Source: Gracilinanus agilis
Taxonomy: Eukaryota
DNA length: 64,000 bases
Direction of reading: 5' to 3'
Assembly: GCF_016433145.1 (NCBI RefSeq)
Contig: NC_058135.1
Location: 277,537,511 to 277,601,510 of the forward strand
The notes beneath the pieces were generated by a model. That model saw only the letters and a program-made list of their open reading frames with translations. It ran no database searches and had not been told where the DNA came from. Below, piece after piece: positions 1-12,276 of the stretch. Position 1 is the first letter of the stretch, and each line of letters starts with the position of its first letter. The position numbers and the translations under genes were made by a program.

Positions 1-1639
1 CAAAGTCTACTTTCCAGAAGGGGATTCCTATTGAACCTCTAACAAAGGCTTTTTGCCAACTGTATTTTGCAAAACTGCTTCTAGGGCCTCAGTGACCTGG
101 CCAAGGTCCTGATTTCCAAGAAACAGCTAAGCAAAACATGTCTCAAAATTTAGACAACTCATGAAGACAACACATTCCACGAGACAAGGGTTCTCACAGA
201 AAGGTCCTGATGGTCACAGAGAACTTGGAGTCTGCTGAGAGCTCTGGCCAAAAGCCAAAGCAGTCCTAGTCTCTGCTGATGAATATGAGGCCTATGATAT
301 AAAACAAGTGAGATTTATTTAATTTTATTTTAATGCTTCAAAGAATTGTATTAACTCTATTTATTATAAAACCTTCACTTACATGGATGGGAACTTCAAT
401 AAACAGTAGGCCCTTTGGTTAAAATAGCAATGGAATACATTGTCCAATTCTGGAAATATCCAAGCATAGGCTGAACCATTACTTTAAATTCTTGTAGATT
501 GTGATTGTTGCATTTGATTTGGGAATGAAGAGAGATGGCATAGGATAATAGCCCTTAGAAATGGAAGCCATATCAGAAAGACTATAAGGCCAAAACAGTC
601 ATTTTATAGATGTATAAACTGAGGCCTGAAGACAGAAAGTGATTTATTAAAGATATCCTAATAATAAATGAAAACATTAGAATTAAAACAGATATTCTGA
701 ATTCAAATCCAATGTTCTTTTCATTTGACAATTCTAGGTTTGTTGGGTGTTAAAATGCTATAATTCTGAATTAAATATTTCTTAGAATATGAAGTGATGA
801 ATTATTAAATGTCTTTTATTTCACCTTAAAGCAGGTATCTGATTATGCTCAAAGATCCATATTGTGAGGATAATAAAGGGTCAAATTATTCTTTATTATA
901 ACCCCAGATGGAGGGTTATTGTTTGACTATATATATATGTTTTTTATATATATGAATTGTGTATTTATATCCTGAGGAGAGAAATACCTGGGTGAATAAA
1001 GGAAGGAGATTTTCTTAAAAGAAGAGAATCTGGAAAGACCTATTATAGAGAATGAAGATCATTTCTGGTACAGTGAATTATATGTATAGAAGCATCAAGA
1101 CAAAAATCTGCTTTCACGGAGCAGTATACATGGTGAGCAGTAAAAATAATTTTAAAAATTGGGTTGGGGTTGTAGAATGTGTTGAAGGATAACACCAAAA
1201 CACTCATAGATGTACTGAGCATTTTGAGTTTCATACACTGGCAAAAATAGGTCACCTAGGTCTTTGATTCTCACTGTACTCAGGCTCAAATAATATCACT
1301 TCCTTATCAAATCTGTTTCCAAAGTGTATCAATATTATCACATTCTCTTCTCCCTCTTTCCAAGGCCAATCTACAAAGGAATAATGGATATAGTAAGTTG
1401 AGAAGAGTTTACATAATAATTACAATGAGCATACCCCATAATTATAAAATAAGGTAATTAGACAAATACGCTTAATTTGTTCAGGCTATAATGAGGAGGG
1501 GGAGGAGTGCAAACTAAATGAGACACTGCTACTATTATCATTTTTGTCATCAGCAAAGAATGAATCAGGAATAACTGAAAATAGGACTCATTAGAAATAG
1601 CATCTTTTTACACATTGCTGACTGATTGGTCAAGAGGAC

Positions 1640-2581
1640 CTAAGGCTTATGTCTCTGCAAAATCTTCTTTAGGGCATCCTTCACATCCTTGTTTTTTAAG
1701 CTATATATAAGAGGATTTAACATTGGAATGACCACTGTGTAGAAAACAGAGACCACCTTGTCTTGCTGCATTGAGTAACTGGAGGTGGGACGTAAGTACA
1801 TGAAGAGAATTGTTCCAAAGAAAATGGTGACCGCCATGAGGTGGGAGGCACAAGTAGAGAAGGCTTTGCTCCTACCCTGAGCAGAGCGCATCCTCAGGAT
1901 AGTGATGAGGATGAAGAGGTAAGAAATGAGGACCATCAGCACACAACTGATGACATTAAAACTGGAGAAAGCCATGATGACAATCCCATTGATATGAGTA
2001 TCAGAACAGGAGAGTTTCAGGAGAGGTGGTGTATCACAATAGAAATGATTGATTCGATTAGAAGCACAAAAAGACAGTCTGAAAGTCATTCCTGTATGCA
2101 CAGCTGCATTTCCAAAGCCAGCAAAGAATGTGGTGGCTACCAGCAGGAAACAAACTTTTTCAGACATAATAACTGAATATGAAAGTGGATAGCAGATGGC
2201 CACATAGCGATCATATGCCATAACAGCCAATAGGAAACATTCAGTACCTAAAAATGACCCAAAGAAATAAAACTGGGCAGCACAGCCATTGATAGAGATG
2301 GCCTTGTTTTCAGCCAACAGGTTCACCAGCATCTTGGGAGTGACAGCAGAAGAGTAACAGGCATCCACAAAGGAAAGACTGAAAAGGAAGTAGTACATTG
2401 GGGTATGGAGTAGGGAATCTATTATGATCAATATTATCATGCCCAGATTACCCAACATGGTGGCCATGTAGATGAAAAAGAACACCACAAAGAGGATAAG
2501 TTTTAACTCAGGGTCATCTGAGAGTCCCAACAAAACAAATTCTTTCACTTCTGTTTGATTTTGTACTTCACTTCCACCCAT
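1640..2581 (-). CDS. OR5AP2: Olfactory receptor, family 5, OR5AP2-like, intact 313 aa
   Basis: Full OR motif set ([58 protein letters not shown]). Diagnostic stretches such as [21 protein letters not shown] and [15 protein letters not shown] match my recollection of mammalian OR5AP2. Confidence 0.93.
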   Translation of the reverse strand: MGGSEVQNQTEVKEFVLLGLSDDPELKLILFVVFFFIYMATMLGNLGMIILIIIDSLLHTPMYYFLFSLSFVDACYSSAVTPKMLVNLLAENKAISINGCAAQFYFFGSFLGTECFLLAVMAYDRYVAICYPLSYSVIMSEKVCFLLVATTFFAGFGNAAVHTGMTFRLSFCASNRINHFYCDTPPLLKLSCSDTHINGIVIMAFSSFNVISCVLMVLISYLFILITILRMRSAQGRSKAFSTCASHLMAVTIFFGTILFMYLRPTSSYSMQQDKVVSVFYTVVIPMLNPLIYSLKNKDVKDALKKILQRHKP

Positions 2582-2586
2582 TCATG

Positions 2587-2610
2587 CTAGAACAAAAGAG
2601 AAAATGTCAA
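2587..2610 (-). promoter_or_regulatory. Splice acceptor for the OR5AP2 coding exon
   Basis: The minus strand reads TTGACATTTTCTCTTTTGTTCTAG|CATGAATGGGT: a pyrimidine tract plus AG, 5 nt before the start ATG. Confidence 0.6.
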
Positions 2611-3683
2611 TAATTATAATAGCTAGCATTTTAAGGCTTACAAAATGCCTAACATTTTTAAAAAGCTTCACATACATATTTAAAAACTTCCATAATAAAT
2701 ACTTATTGAAGGTCATGTCATCTCATTTAGTCTTCTCAATAATCCTAATAAATCAGAACTAATATTAACCATATTTTAGAGAAGAGTAAATTTTGGCTGA
2801 AAGAAATGAAGTGATTTGTCCAGGGAGACACATCTACTAAAATACCTTCCACTTATAAATCAGTGATGCTATATGCAATCAGTTATAACATACTACAAAT
2901 TCTATCTCCGCAATATCTCCTATATCTGTCCTATTATCTTCACTATAGTACAAGTTCCTGCTATTGTCTACTTTTTTCAGTAGACCTCTAATAAGTAAGT
3001 CTTCACACCTGCACTTTCTAACTTCTCCAAAATAACCTTCATACAGCTGCCAGATTAATCCCTTTATTGGATGTGGTGTGGTACAGCAGATAAATCATTT
3101 GTCTGGGAGTCAGTATGGCCTGAGATATTTCCTAGCTGTGTAGTTCTGGCCAAGCCATTTAGCCTCATGCAGCCTGAGTTTCTGTATTGATAAACTGAGA
3201 CTTATAATAGTAACTGATTTGTAGTGGTTTTGTCAGGATCAAATTAAACATGTATGGAGTTTTGTTAGCCTTAAAGTGCTGGGAAAATAGTAGTAAATAT
3301 TCTATATACAGATGTCTGTGTCTCCTTTCTGCTGACCAATATTTAATTGTTCCCTATTTGCCTCAGTAATGCTGAACTTCCTTTGCCTGACATGGAGGAT
3401 TCTCCACAAACTATTCTTTCCTTCTTCCTTCTGAGCATTCTGTTATATTTTCTCTAGCAAATATTCCTAGAATTTTCTTCCCTACCATTTTTTTTGCTTG
3501 AGTTACCCCAAGAATCTTTTGTCCTTTATTTGTTGAGTGTGTAGGAATTCACTATTTCATCCCAGTTTATAATGCCATCCATTCCCTAAAGCTTCTTTCT
3601 CCACAATTGCCTTCCCATTCTGATCTCACAGAGTCCTTTACTAAGCATCTCCATGATCAATTTATCATGAGTTATTGTATATT

Positions 3684-3938
3684 GGAGTAGCTAAGTAACA
3701 CAGTGGATAGAGTACCAGTCCTGGAGGCAAGAAGACTGACCTTCATTGGTTCAAATCTGACCTCAGACACTAGCCGTGACCTTGAGCAAGTCATTTATCA
3801 CTGTTTGACTCAATTTTCTCATCTGTAAAATGAGTTGGAGAAGGAAATAGTAAGTGATGCCAGTATATTTGTCAGGAAAACTCCAAATGGAGTCAAAAAG
3901 AGTTGGATATGACTGAAAAAACTGAACAACAACAACCA
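3684..3938 (+). mobile_element. MAR1-type CORE-SINE
   Basis: tRNA-like head, CORE TTTCTCATCTGTAAAATGAG, a GGAGAAGGAAAT…AAAACTCCAAATGGAGTC segment and a CAACAACAA tail. Confidence 0.8.
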
Positions 3939-4747
3939 AAGTTGTATATGATACCTATTTATGTATTAATGAGTTTCCTGGACTCTAAGATCCATGAGGG
4001 CAGGATTTGTATTTTTATCAAAACATTGTGCATCCCCTCAGATCCAATGCTTAGCATGAAAGAAGCCGTTTCTTTGCTGGCTGAATGCAACCAGATCTAT
4101 TCTGACTCTAACAATTTATATTCTGTGTTCTATGGGTCCTTTTCATTTTGAACAGGGAGTATGGGGAATCTGAATCACAAAGATGCCTAAAAAGAGAGAC
4201 ATTAGGAAAAAAGATTAATGGGTATAATTTTGTGGTCTCATAATAACAAAAATTCTCTACTTTTGTTTAGTAATTTATCCTTCTTTTTAAAGAAAATGCC
4301 CACATTCAGTTAATTAGTTAAGCTAAAAAACAAACACATAAAGTGGGCAGAACACTGACATTATCTTAATACTCTATTTTATAGATAAATATACTGAGGC
4401 TTAGAAAGGTAAAGTGATTTACCCAAAGATTATGACTTACTGCTAATGAAATTGAGAACTAGAGTGCATTTCTCTGATTCTTAGCAATACTGGTCCTTCC
4501 TCTCATCTATTTGAGTTTTCTCCTATATAGGTAATAATAGTTAAAGTAATTATAGACCCATCAGCTGACTTTGTGGTTTTTGGAGGATCAACTCTGCTCA
4601 AGGTTTGAGTAACTGAAAATGTCACTCAGGAAACAACTCTGAAATTAGCCATATTGAAGAAAATTAAGCTCAGCATCCGTGATAGGACTAGAAATCTTTG
4701 ACAATAAAGAATAGCCTTGAAGTGGCATCTTGAGTAAATTTTCTTTT

Positions 4748-4943
4748 CTTTAAAGCTCTTACTTTCCATCTTAGAATGAATACTGTGTATTAGTTCCTTG
4801 GCAAAAGAGGAGTATGGGCTAAGCAATGGAAGTCAAATGACTTGCTCACGTTCACACAGGTAGGAAGTGTCTGAGACTAGATTTGAACCAGGACCTCCCT
4901 ACTATTGGCCAGGCTCCAAATTCCCTGAATCACCTAGCTGCCC
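4748..4943 (-). mobile_element. SINE1_Mdo-like SINE
   Basis: Antisense match to the 36597 copy (…GGAAGTGTCTGAGACTAGATTTGAACC…CACCTAGCTGCCC). Confidence 0.8.
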
Positions 4944-5359
4944 TCTTGAATGAATTTGAAAGCCATCTTTGTCAGCAGTTCCTCCATTCTCCCCTCTTTT
5001 GTACATGAGTAATGAGGAATTCATAGATCAAACAGATTCTGTCTGTCAGTCAATAAAATTAAAATAATCACAAACATATTATTATTTCTCAGTACCTGGA
5101 ATTCACTTGAGATATAAAAAATTTACTCATATGAAATGAAATGGTGAGTATATAGATCACCACTGTATAGTGCTTTCCTTATTATACCCCTGTTAAATAA
5201 GTATTGCATTTAGATTTATCTAATTTTAAAAATGAAGAAACTAAGGAACTGAAAGTGGAAACGATTCACCTACGGTCACAAACCTAATGAGTGATAAAGA
5301 TCTAAGCCTTACTTTTTTTTCCTAATCATATTTACCATCCCCAATAGATGTGAGAATAG

Positions 5360-5510
5360 ACTAGGGAAAGAAAAATAGCAATAATAATAGGAAAAAGAAA
5401 AACAAGAAGACCACAAAACACCAAAAGCAAGTATAAGAATCAGAAGAACAAGAGCAAGAACAAGAAGAGAACCCTGAACAACAAGAACAAAACAATGATA
5501 TAACAAAGAA
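5360..5510. repeat. Degenerate (AAG/AAC)n A-rich low-complexity tract
   Basis: AAGAACAAGAGCAAGAACAAGAAGAG and similar. Confidence 0.8.
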
Positions 5511-5750
5511 GATGTGTATACAGTCTTTTAATGTTTGCAAATCAGCTTTAAATATATTTTCCCATTTCATCCTCAAAACTCTCTCCAAAAAAAAAAGAAC
5601 TGTAAGGTAGCCACTATTAGCATTCTTATTTTACAGTTTATGTAAGTGAGGTTATAAGAAGCTAAGTGACAGGTCCACTGCTACAGAATTTTTTAACTAT
5701 TTATAAAATAATTTTAGTANTATATATATATATATATACACATTTCCCAA

Positions 5751-6075
5751 CACTTACCGCTACTCAAGAATCACTCCCACAGCATCCAACAAGGAAACCT
5801 TTCTTTCCTTCCTCTTGTCCTCACCTTAAGAATCCACAATAAATAGCCTAGAGCAAGGGAAAATTACACTTTGGGTTCATAAATCCATTTGTGGAAACAT
5901 TTCATTCTCATCCTTATACGAGTGGTTTCTCAGATTGCCTCTCTGCACTCAAGAGAAAGTTTCCTCATTTATTTAAAGGCAAGATGTGATCTAGATCTTA
6001 TTCATTGTCTTCTTTGAACTGATCCCCAAGAGATAACTCTAATTAATATTGCTACATAATTAACCCATTACTCTT
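5751..6075 (-). promoter_or_regulatory. Candidate promoter and non-coding first exon of OR5AP2
   Basis: Minus-strand donor GCG|GTAAGTG at 5757 and AAG|GTGAGG near 5825. Upstream of them are O/E(Ebf)-like CTCAAGAG (~5948) and CCCCAAGAG (~6023), and homeodomain sites CTAATTAA (~6039) and ATAATTAA (~6056). Confidence 0.4.
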
Positions 6076-6281
6076 TAATTCCCTCTGCCACAAAGTACAA
6101 AAAAAGTTCAACATGCTTATCATCATTTTAGTTATCTTTTATTTTTAAGCTTCTGTTTAGATGAAATAAAACAAACCTTAAAAGTCTCTCTTCAGACAAG
6201 ATGTCTCAGAAATAGGTTACACTATTACTGTGTTCTATAATCAGAAAAGTAATACTGGTGGGGGGCAGAGAAAACAATGAA

Positions 6282-6340
6282 ATGATGGATGGATGGATGG
6301 ATGGATGGATGGATGGATGGATGGATGGATGGTTGGATAG
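6282..6340. repeat. (GGAT)n tetranucleotide microsatellite
   Basis: About 12 tandem GGAT units, directly visible. Confidence 0.97.
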
Positions 6341-7879
6341 ATGAATGAATAAACAAATAATTTTAATTATTTACGATGTGCAAGATACTGTATAAGAACT
6401 GAATCCATTACAAGTGTTTAGTTATTCGGTACTAACTTGAAAATCTTTAGTAATATTCATAGGCTAGCTCTGGAGGAAGTCGATTGTTAAGTGATGGAGA
6501 CTGAAATAGAAAACTAAAATAGTCCCTGCTCTCAAGGAGTTCACATTCTAATGGGGAAGACAATGCATATGAGATGTTTCAGCTATAGATGGAAAGGTCC
6601 CATGGTCTCTAAGGACAAGCAGTCAAACATGTAATAATGTGTTTCATTATTATTATTTCTACTGGTATTTAATTTTAATTTTGATGCTAAACAATTTGAT
6701 AATACAAAACAATATATTTGTGTGGAGAACTTATATTTATGGATTAATGGTAACTGTAGCTTGTGCCTTCCTAGAAGAAAGAGCTAAATTGAATTTCTCA
6801 GAATGATGGCTATAGGAACTGAGTTGTCAGTAGGACCCATACTCAGGGAAGTATGGGGAAGTATGTACCACTGTCAAAGCCCTTGATCTTACATTCACAT
6901 TGGCAGCAGTCAGTTGATAGAGGAAAATGGTCCCATTATGCACAGGGATTAATGCCCTCAATGATAAATGTAGGGTCAAGTTGAAAGGACAAATGGTGAT
7001 CTTGAAGGCACTACTCTTCCCAGGGCTTCCTTTGCTCCTCCCTTGGTTTCTTCATTCCTTCCTTCTTTTCTTCTTTCCTTTCTTCCATCTTCCTTTTTTC
7101 TTTTTTTTTTAGATTTACAAAGTTTTATGAGATTATTTGGTTCAAACAGAACATCCTGTATTTTAAAGAGCAGCAGAAACTACAGACTATTATCATTAAA
7201 CGAGGTTAAAATACTCTATTTTACACAAGCTATATTTCTGCTGCCACATCAACAAGCCACCCTCTCTTGTTCCTATTGCTATTTCAAAGGACTTTAGTAA
7301 GTCTACTATGAACACATGACTATTCTGTGAGGATGTAGACATAATAAGAGAGATAAAAGCATCAGATAATGTATAATTAGAGCCCAATTAATTGTAGCTA
7401 TCTTACCATTGGAGACATATGATATACCCACAAATAATCAGAATACATAATATAATACTAATACTTAGCATTTACCTGGAATTTTAGGACTTACAAAGTC
7501 CCATATAAATATTATCTCATTTGAGCTTCACAACCTTGAAAGGTAAGTGCTATTGTTATCCCTATTTTACAGATAAGGAAATTGAGGCAAAGGGCAAGTG
7601 AACTGTTTGAGATCACACAACTATCAAGTATCTAAAGCTGGATCTGGTTAAGTCTTTCTTATCTCAGTCACTGTGCTAATGAGCTGACTGCATAATAGAT
7701 GAGAATGCAAAACAATTCAAGTTTTATTCCAAAAACAATGTCCTTTCTTCCTGTACTACCTATCTCATAAGACTATTGGGACAATAATGTTGTGCACTTC
7801 ATAGTGTGAAAAGTGAATCAAACTTTCTTTGTGTATCAATCAGCAACTTTTAAATTAATCAATCAAAAACTTAAGCACC

Positions 7880-8810
7880 CCTACTTAACACTAAGTAAGA
7901 AAGTTCACAAGTCACTTGCTAAAGTAGGTGACAACTCCAGAGGCCACTGCCCTGCCCTTGGGCAGTGCTAGGAGAATGGAAAGACTTCAATTGGTTTCTG
8001 TAAAGTGGAGGAAGAGATGGGAAGTGATACAGGAAAATGGACTATAAAAAGTCCTGAACTTCCTGTCCAAATTTTACTTCTCTTTTGAACTTCATTTTCA
8101 GAGACACTGCATTGGTGAGCTGAACTGAAGGAGGAAACTCTTTCCATGAATTCTGCATTGACTTGCTGGGTGAGTAGCTGGCCTACCTTTCCTGACTTCA
8201 GGAGAGATTCGTTCTGGTGTAAGCTTTAAAATAATATCCAAAATATTCCAAGTATTATAATTTTATGAAGTTTATTTATAATAACTTGAAGCAAAAAGAA
8301 AAAGCAGCAAACCTCAGTAAAGAAAAAGCCACTTCCTTGACTACACACATGGGAGAAGAGAGAAAGAAGGGTAGATTTTCAGAACTATATACAAACATGC
8401 AAGCATGCAAGGTGGGGATAAAAGGAAAAGGATGCCGAGTAATATAAAGGAATTCTGGGGAACACAGTCCTAGGGTAGAACATTCTAACTATACCCTGGA
8501 GAGGCCTTCCTTTCCTGGAAAAGACTGCATGTTTGGAACCCTTGCTGAAGACATCACCTAGTCCTCTGGCTGAAGATTATCAAGCCCTGCTTGGGCTGAA
8601 CCCCACACCAGAGCAGCGTTTAGGGTGACAGGCTAGATAATTCTCTACCTCCTTTTTACATTTTCACACTTTCACTCTTTCCACCTTTTTGTAAATAAAG
8701 CTACTAAAAGTAATTTTGACTTAAGTTATAATATCTTTAAATTGGTGACAACAAAATTACTATAGAATTTTCACATTAGCATAAAACCTAAATTTTAAAT
8801 TCTTACAATA
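7880..8810 (+). mobile_element. Solo LTR-like sequence, possibly two nested LTRs
   Basis: Terminal inverted repeats TGTAAG (8218) and CTTACA (8807), with TATAAA- and AATAAA-like motifs inside. The GC-richer stretch 7880-8217 also looks LTR-like. No TSD was found. Confidence 0.5.
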
Positions 8811-9551
8811 AACATTATGTAAATATGAGTTATTTCTGTATCATCATCATCATTATTATATTTAGCTGTAATGACTATTTATTTCTCACACTATGAACAT
8901 TTGCCTCTTTGCCTTCCTTCTCTGATTTATTATCTGCTTTGAGATTGAGAACTTCTGCCATCATTTACCATGAGGAATAATGCAGTAATTATACTACTCT
9001 CAGGAAGGTATTGTGGGCCAGTGAGAAGACACAGGTTTTGAAATCAGAGGACCCAGTCTAGAATGTCTTTGTAATTCTGAGTAAATATTTCCACCGGACC
9101 TCAGTTTCCTTATTTTCAAAATGAGGGAGCTTGACATGAGGTCTCTTCCATCCCTCATACTTGGATTTTTTGATCCTATGACTTTATCATCCTAAGTCAG
9201 TTGTGTAGGCAGCTATGTATTTCTAAGATGATAGCTACTGTCATCTAGCAAAATTCAAGTGTGTTGGGGCAAAAAACCCATGATTTTAGAATTATGCTGC
9301 CTGGAAGAGAAAGTAAGGGATAGTCCTTTGTTCATAGTAAATTTCCATTTGTTTTTCCAATAAATATTTAGATGGCTCATGGTTTCCCTAATAAAAGGCA
9401 CAAATGACTGACTCCTCTTAGAGCCCATTTACAATACTGGAAAATGTCTAGGTCAGAAGACCTAAATTTGATTGGATTCTGACCACCCTTTTCATTATCT
9501 GTGAGTTTTTAAGCAAGTGAATTTCCTTCTCTGGTCTTCAATTTGCTCCTC

Positions 9552-9556
<5 letters not shown>

Positions 9557-9598
<42 letters not shown>
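9557..9598. repeat. Poly(A) run of about 42 nt
   Basis: Uninterrupted A tract within a MIR-like CORE context. Confidence 0.95.
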
Positions 9599-9601
<3 letters not shown>

Positions 9602-11849
9602 TCATCTTAATGATCTCTAAGGACACTTTCATCTGCAAATACACTATAGTCAGCTCATCTCATTTGTTTGTATAGATGTGTCTAGGAAAACTGTATCTAT
9701 AGTGAAGGCAAGAGATCAAATGTTATTATAAACTTTGGAGAGCTATAGGGATGCTGGCTACTATGATTACTTAATCATAATGAGAATTTCACCAATACAC
9801 TTAATTGTCATACATCTCATCGGTATCACTCCCTCCATTTCCCCACATACACATATGCATAAAAACTCTCAGAACTACACCTTGAAGAATCTTGAGGATG
9901 AGTCCCTACAAGGAGAGAGAAATCCAAGGGGAAACTGATAATCACATGGAAATCACTTTCTTCACAATAATTATGCTTAATGGGCTTTATTTACAACAGC
10001 CATAATTACATTCACTTCCAGTGAGTCCTGAGAGGATTGGGGAATTTTTTTAGAGCAATCTATGAATCTCCCAGTATGAGAGCTGACTTCCTGTGGCTAG
10101 ACTGGGACCACATTGCCATTCTCTTTGTCAGATCATCTCTCTTTTTTTCTGTCTCTCTTTTTTCCATTCATAGATTCACAAAATTCCAGAGTTGATAGGG
10201 ATATAGGGGACATGGAGTGTTAGAAGTGGTAGGACCTTAAGGACACAGAATGCAAGAAATGGGAGGATTCTTTGTATATAGAATTTTGAACTTGGCAAGG
10301 ACCTGAGGATAGAAAACATAGAATGTTAGAGCTGAAGAGTTAATAAGAGAGAGAATGGAATTATCTTCCATGTCATGTTCAGAAGGGACAGTAAGCAATT
10401 ATTTAGTTTAATTGTCTTATCTCAGAAGAAAATAGAGGCCCAAAGAAGAGATCTGTCCAAGGTTACAGAGGAAATATGTGATAGAGCTAGATCTTCATCC
10501 CAGGTTTCCAAATATCTATGAAGGTGTTCTTTTGACTATACCACAGAGCCCTCTCATACTTTCCTTTTCCTTCCTCTTTTCCCCCATTCCCTTCTATTTT
10601 TTTAAACTCATATAAATCTCTCCTCTCCTTTTTTCTCCTTCCTGATCTGTCTCAAGTATTGCAGCAGTGGATCAGGCTTATTTATAAATGCTCCTATCTG
10701 GTCTAAGATCTCTCTGACCCCTAGTGCTAAAGCAGTTATAGGTAGCCATTTGAATAATTTAAATCTCATTGAAAATTGATTCAAAGTAAAAAGAAAAATC
10801 CTTGCAGGTCATATATTTAGTCCTTAATCCATGCAATGATTCCTTTAGCATGGTACTTTGGATTTTGCAGTGGTTCAGGCTTGAAGACCATAGATTTTCC
10901 TATAGTGCTTTTCAGTTTACAAATCATGTTTACATATAGTATCTCATTAGACCCTTCTATCAGCTCTTTAAGGTAGAATCTATTAATGGTTTGGCAAGTA
11001 TATTAATGCCATCGATAATAATTGTAGCCCTCTTGTCTTTCTCCCTTTCCCTGTCAGCCTTAAAAATGGTTTTCATGGGTTGCTATGAACTAAACAAAAA
11101 TAATCAACAGGCAACCAAATCTTGTTCTTACCGCCTAAGTAACCTTGGGCAAATCACGTATTTTCTAGATTTAAATTTCCTCCTCTACAAAATGTGGCAG
11201 TCAATTTAGGTGACTTCTAAAGTGCTTTTCATTTTTAGAAAGAAGATTCTATAATTCTATGATTTAATGGATCTATTATGTTGTCACAATTGTGTTTTCC
11301 AGTACCACTGGGAAGTAATAATAATAGCTTGCATAGATAGATAAGTACATATATGTATGTGTGTAAACATACATATGCATATACATACATATATACATAC
11401 ATGGGTCCTAAGGTTGTTGTGAAGACTAAATGAGCTAATACACAGTACCTGTGCTAAATTATTTACAAGTATTAGCTCATTTTGTCTTCACAACAACCTT
11501 AAGATGGTCAAATGAGGTCAACAGAGGATAAGTGATGTGCCCAAGCTAGGAAGTAAAAGTATCTGAGGCAGGATTTGAATCATATTTTCCTAACTCCAAG
11601 CCCAGAACTCTATCTACTGCATTACCTCATTGGTTACAGAAAGTGAAAACAGAGCTATATTTATAAACAGAGGATATGGGTTAAAATCCTGACTCTGACA
11701 ATTACTATCTCTAAGATCTTATGGACATCACCGTGTGTTGCAGAGAAATGTGGAGGTTGGTTTGGTTGACATCTGGGATTCTTTTAATCTCTAGGTCTAT
11801 GATCTTTATTTGTTTACTATATTTTCTTTGTAAACCTTGATTTTCTAAC

Positions 11850-12070
11850 AAGTGCTTGATCACATTGGAAGATGGGAATATGACTGAGGATGTAGAATCT
11901 AAAGAATTATGCTAGTGCAAATATCAATAATATGGAAATAGGTCTTAATCGATGACACATGTAAAAACCAGTGGAATAGTGTGTTGGCTATAGGGGGGGT
12001 GGGAAAGAACATGAATCATATAACCATGGAAAATATTCTAAATTTATTAATTAATTAAAGATTCCAGAAA
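11850..12070 (+). mobile_element. Short L1 3' UTR fragment
   Basis: GAGGATGTAGAATCTAAAGAATTATGCTAGTGCAAATATCAATAATATGGAAATAGG followed by a G-rich tract and an A-rich end, typical of a marsupial L1 3' end. Confidence 0.7.
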
Positions 12071-12082
12071 TAAATGAATGAA

Positions 12083-12276
12083 TAAACCTTTATTTTCTGT
12101 CTGAGAATTTATACTAAGTATTGGTTCCAAGACTAGAAAGTGTGTAAGAGCTTGGCAATGGGGGTTAAGTGACTTGCCCAGAGTGACACAGCTAGGAAGT
12201 ATCTGAGCTCAAATTTGAACCCAGGTCCTCCACCTCAAGGTCTGGCTCTCTATCCACTGAACCCCCTAGTTGTCTC
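12083..12276 (-). mobile_element. SINE1_Mdo-like SINE
   Basis: GGCAATGGGGGTTAAGTGACTTGCCCAGAGTGACACAGCTAGGAAGTATCTGAG core. Confidence 0.82.

Noticed and set aside
1841-2176. Antisense ORFs inside the OR coding regions (also 18706-18963, 19078-19296, 40246-40569)
   Set aside because: These are expected shadows of hydrophobic-codon-rich OR sequence and show no independent protein features.
5309-5588. Hydrophobic 65-aa and 75-aa ORFs resembling membrane peptides
   Set aside because: They are translations of a degenerate AAG/AAC low-complexity tract.
5720-5720. Single N next to a (TA)n repeat
   Set aside because: Sequencing or assembly ambiguity, not biology.
9557-9598. Long poly(A) as a possible retrocopy tail
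   Set aside because: There is no TSD or upstream cDNA-like body. It sits at the A-run of a MIR-like CORE, so slippage expansion is more likely.
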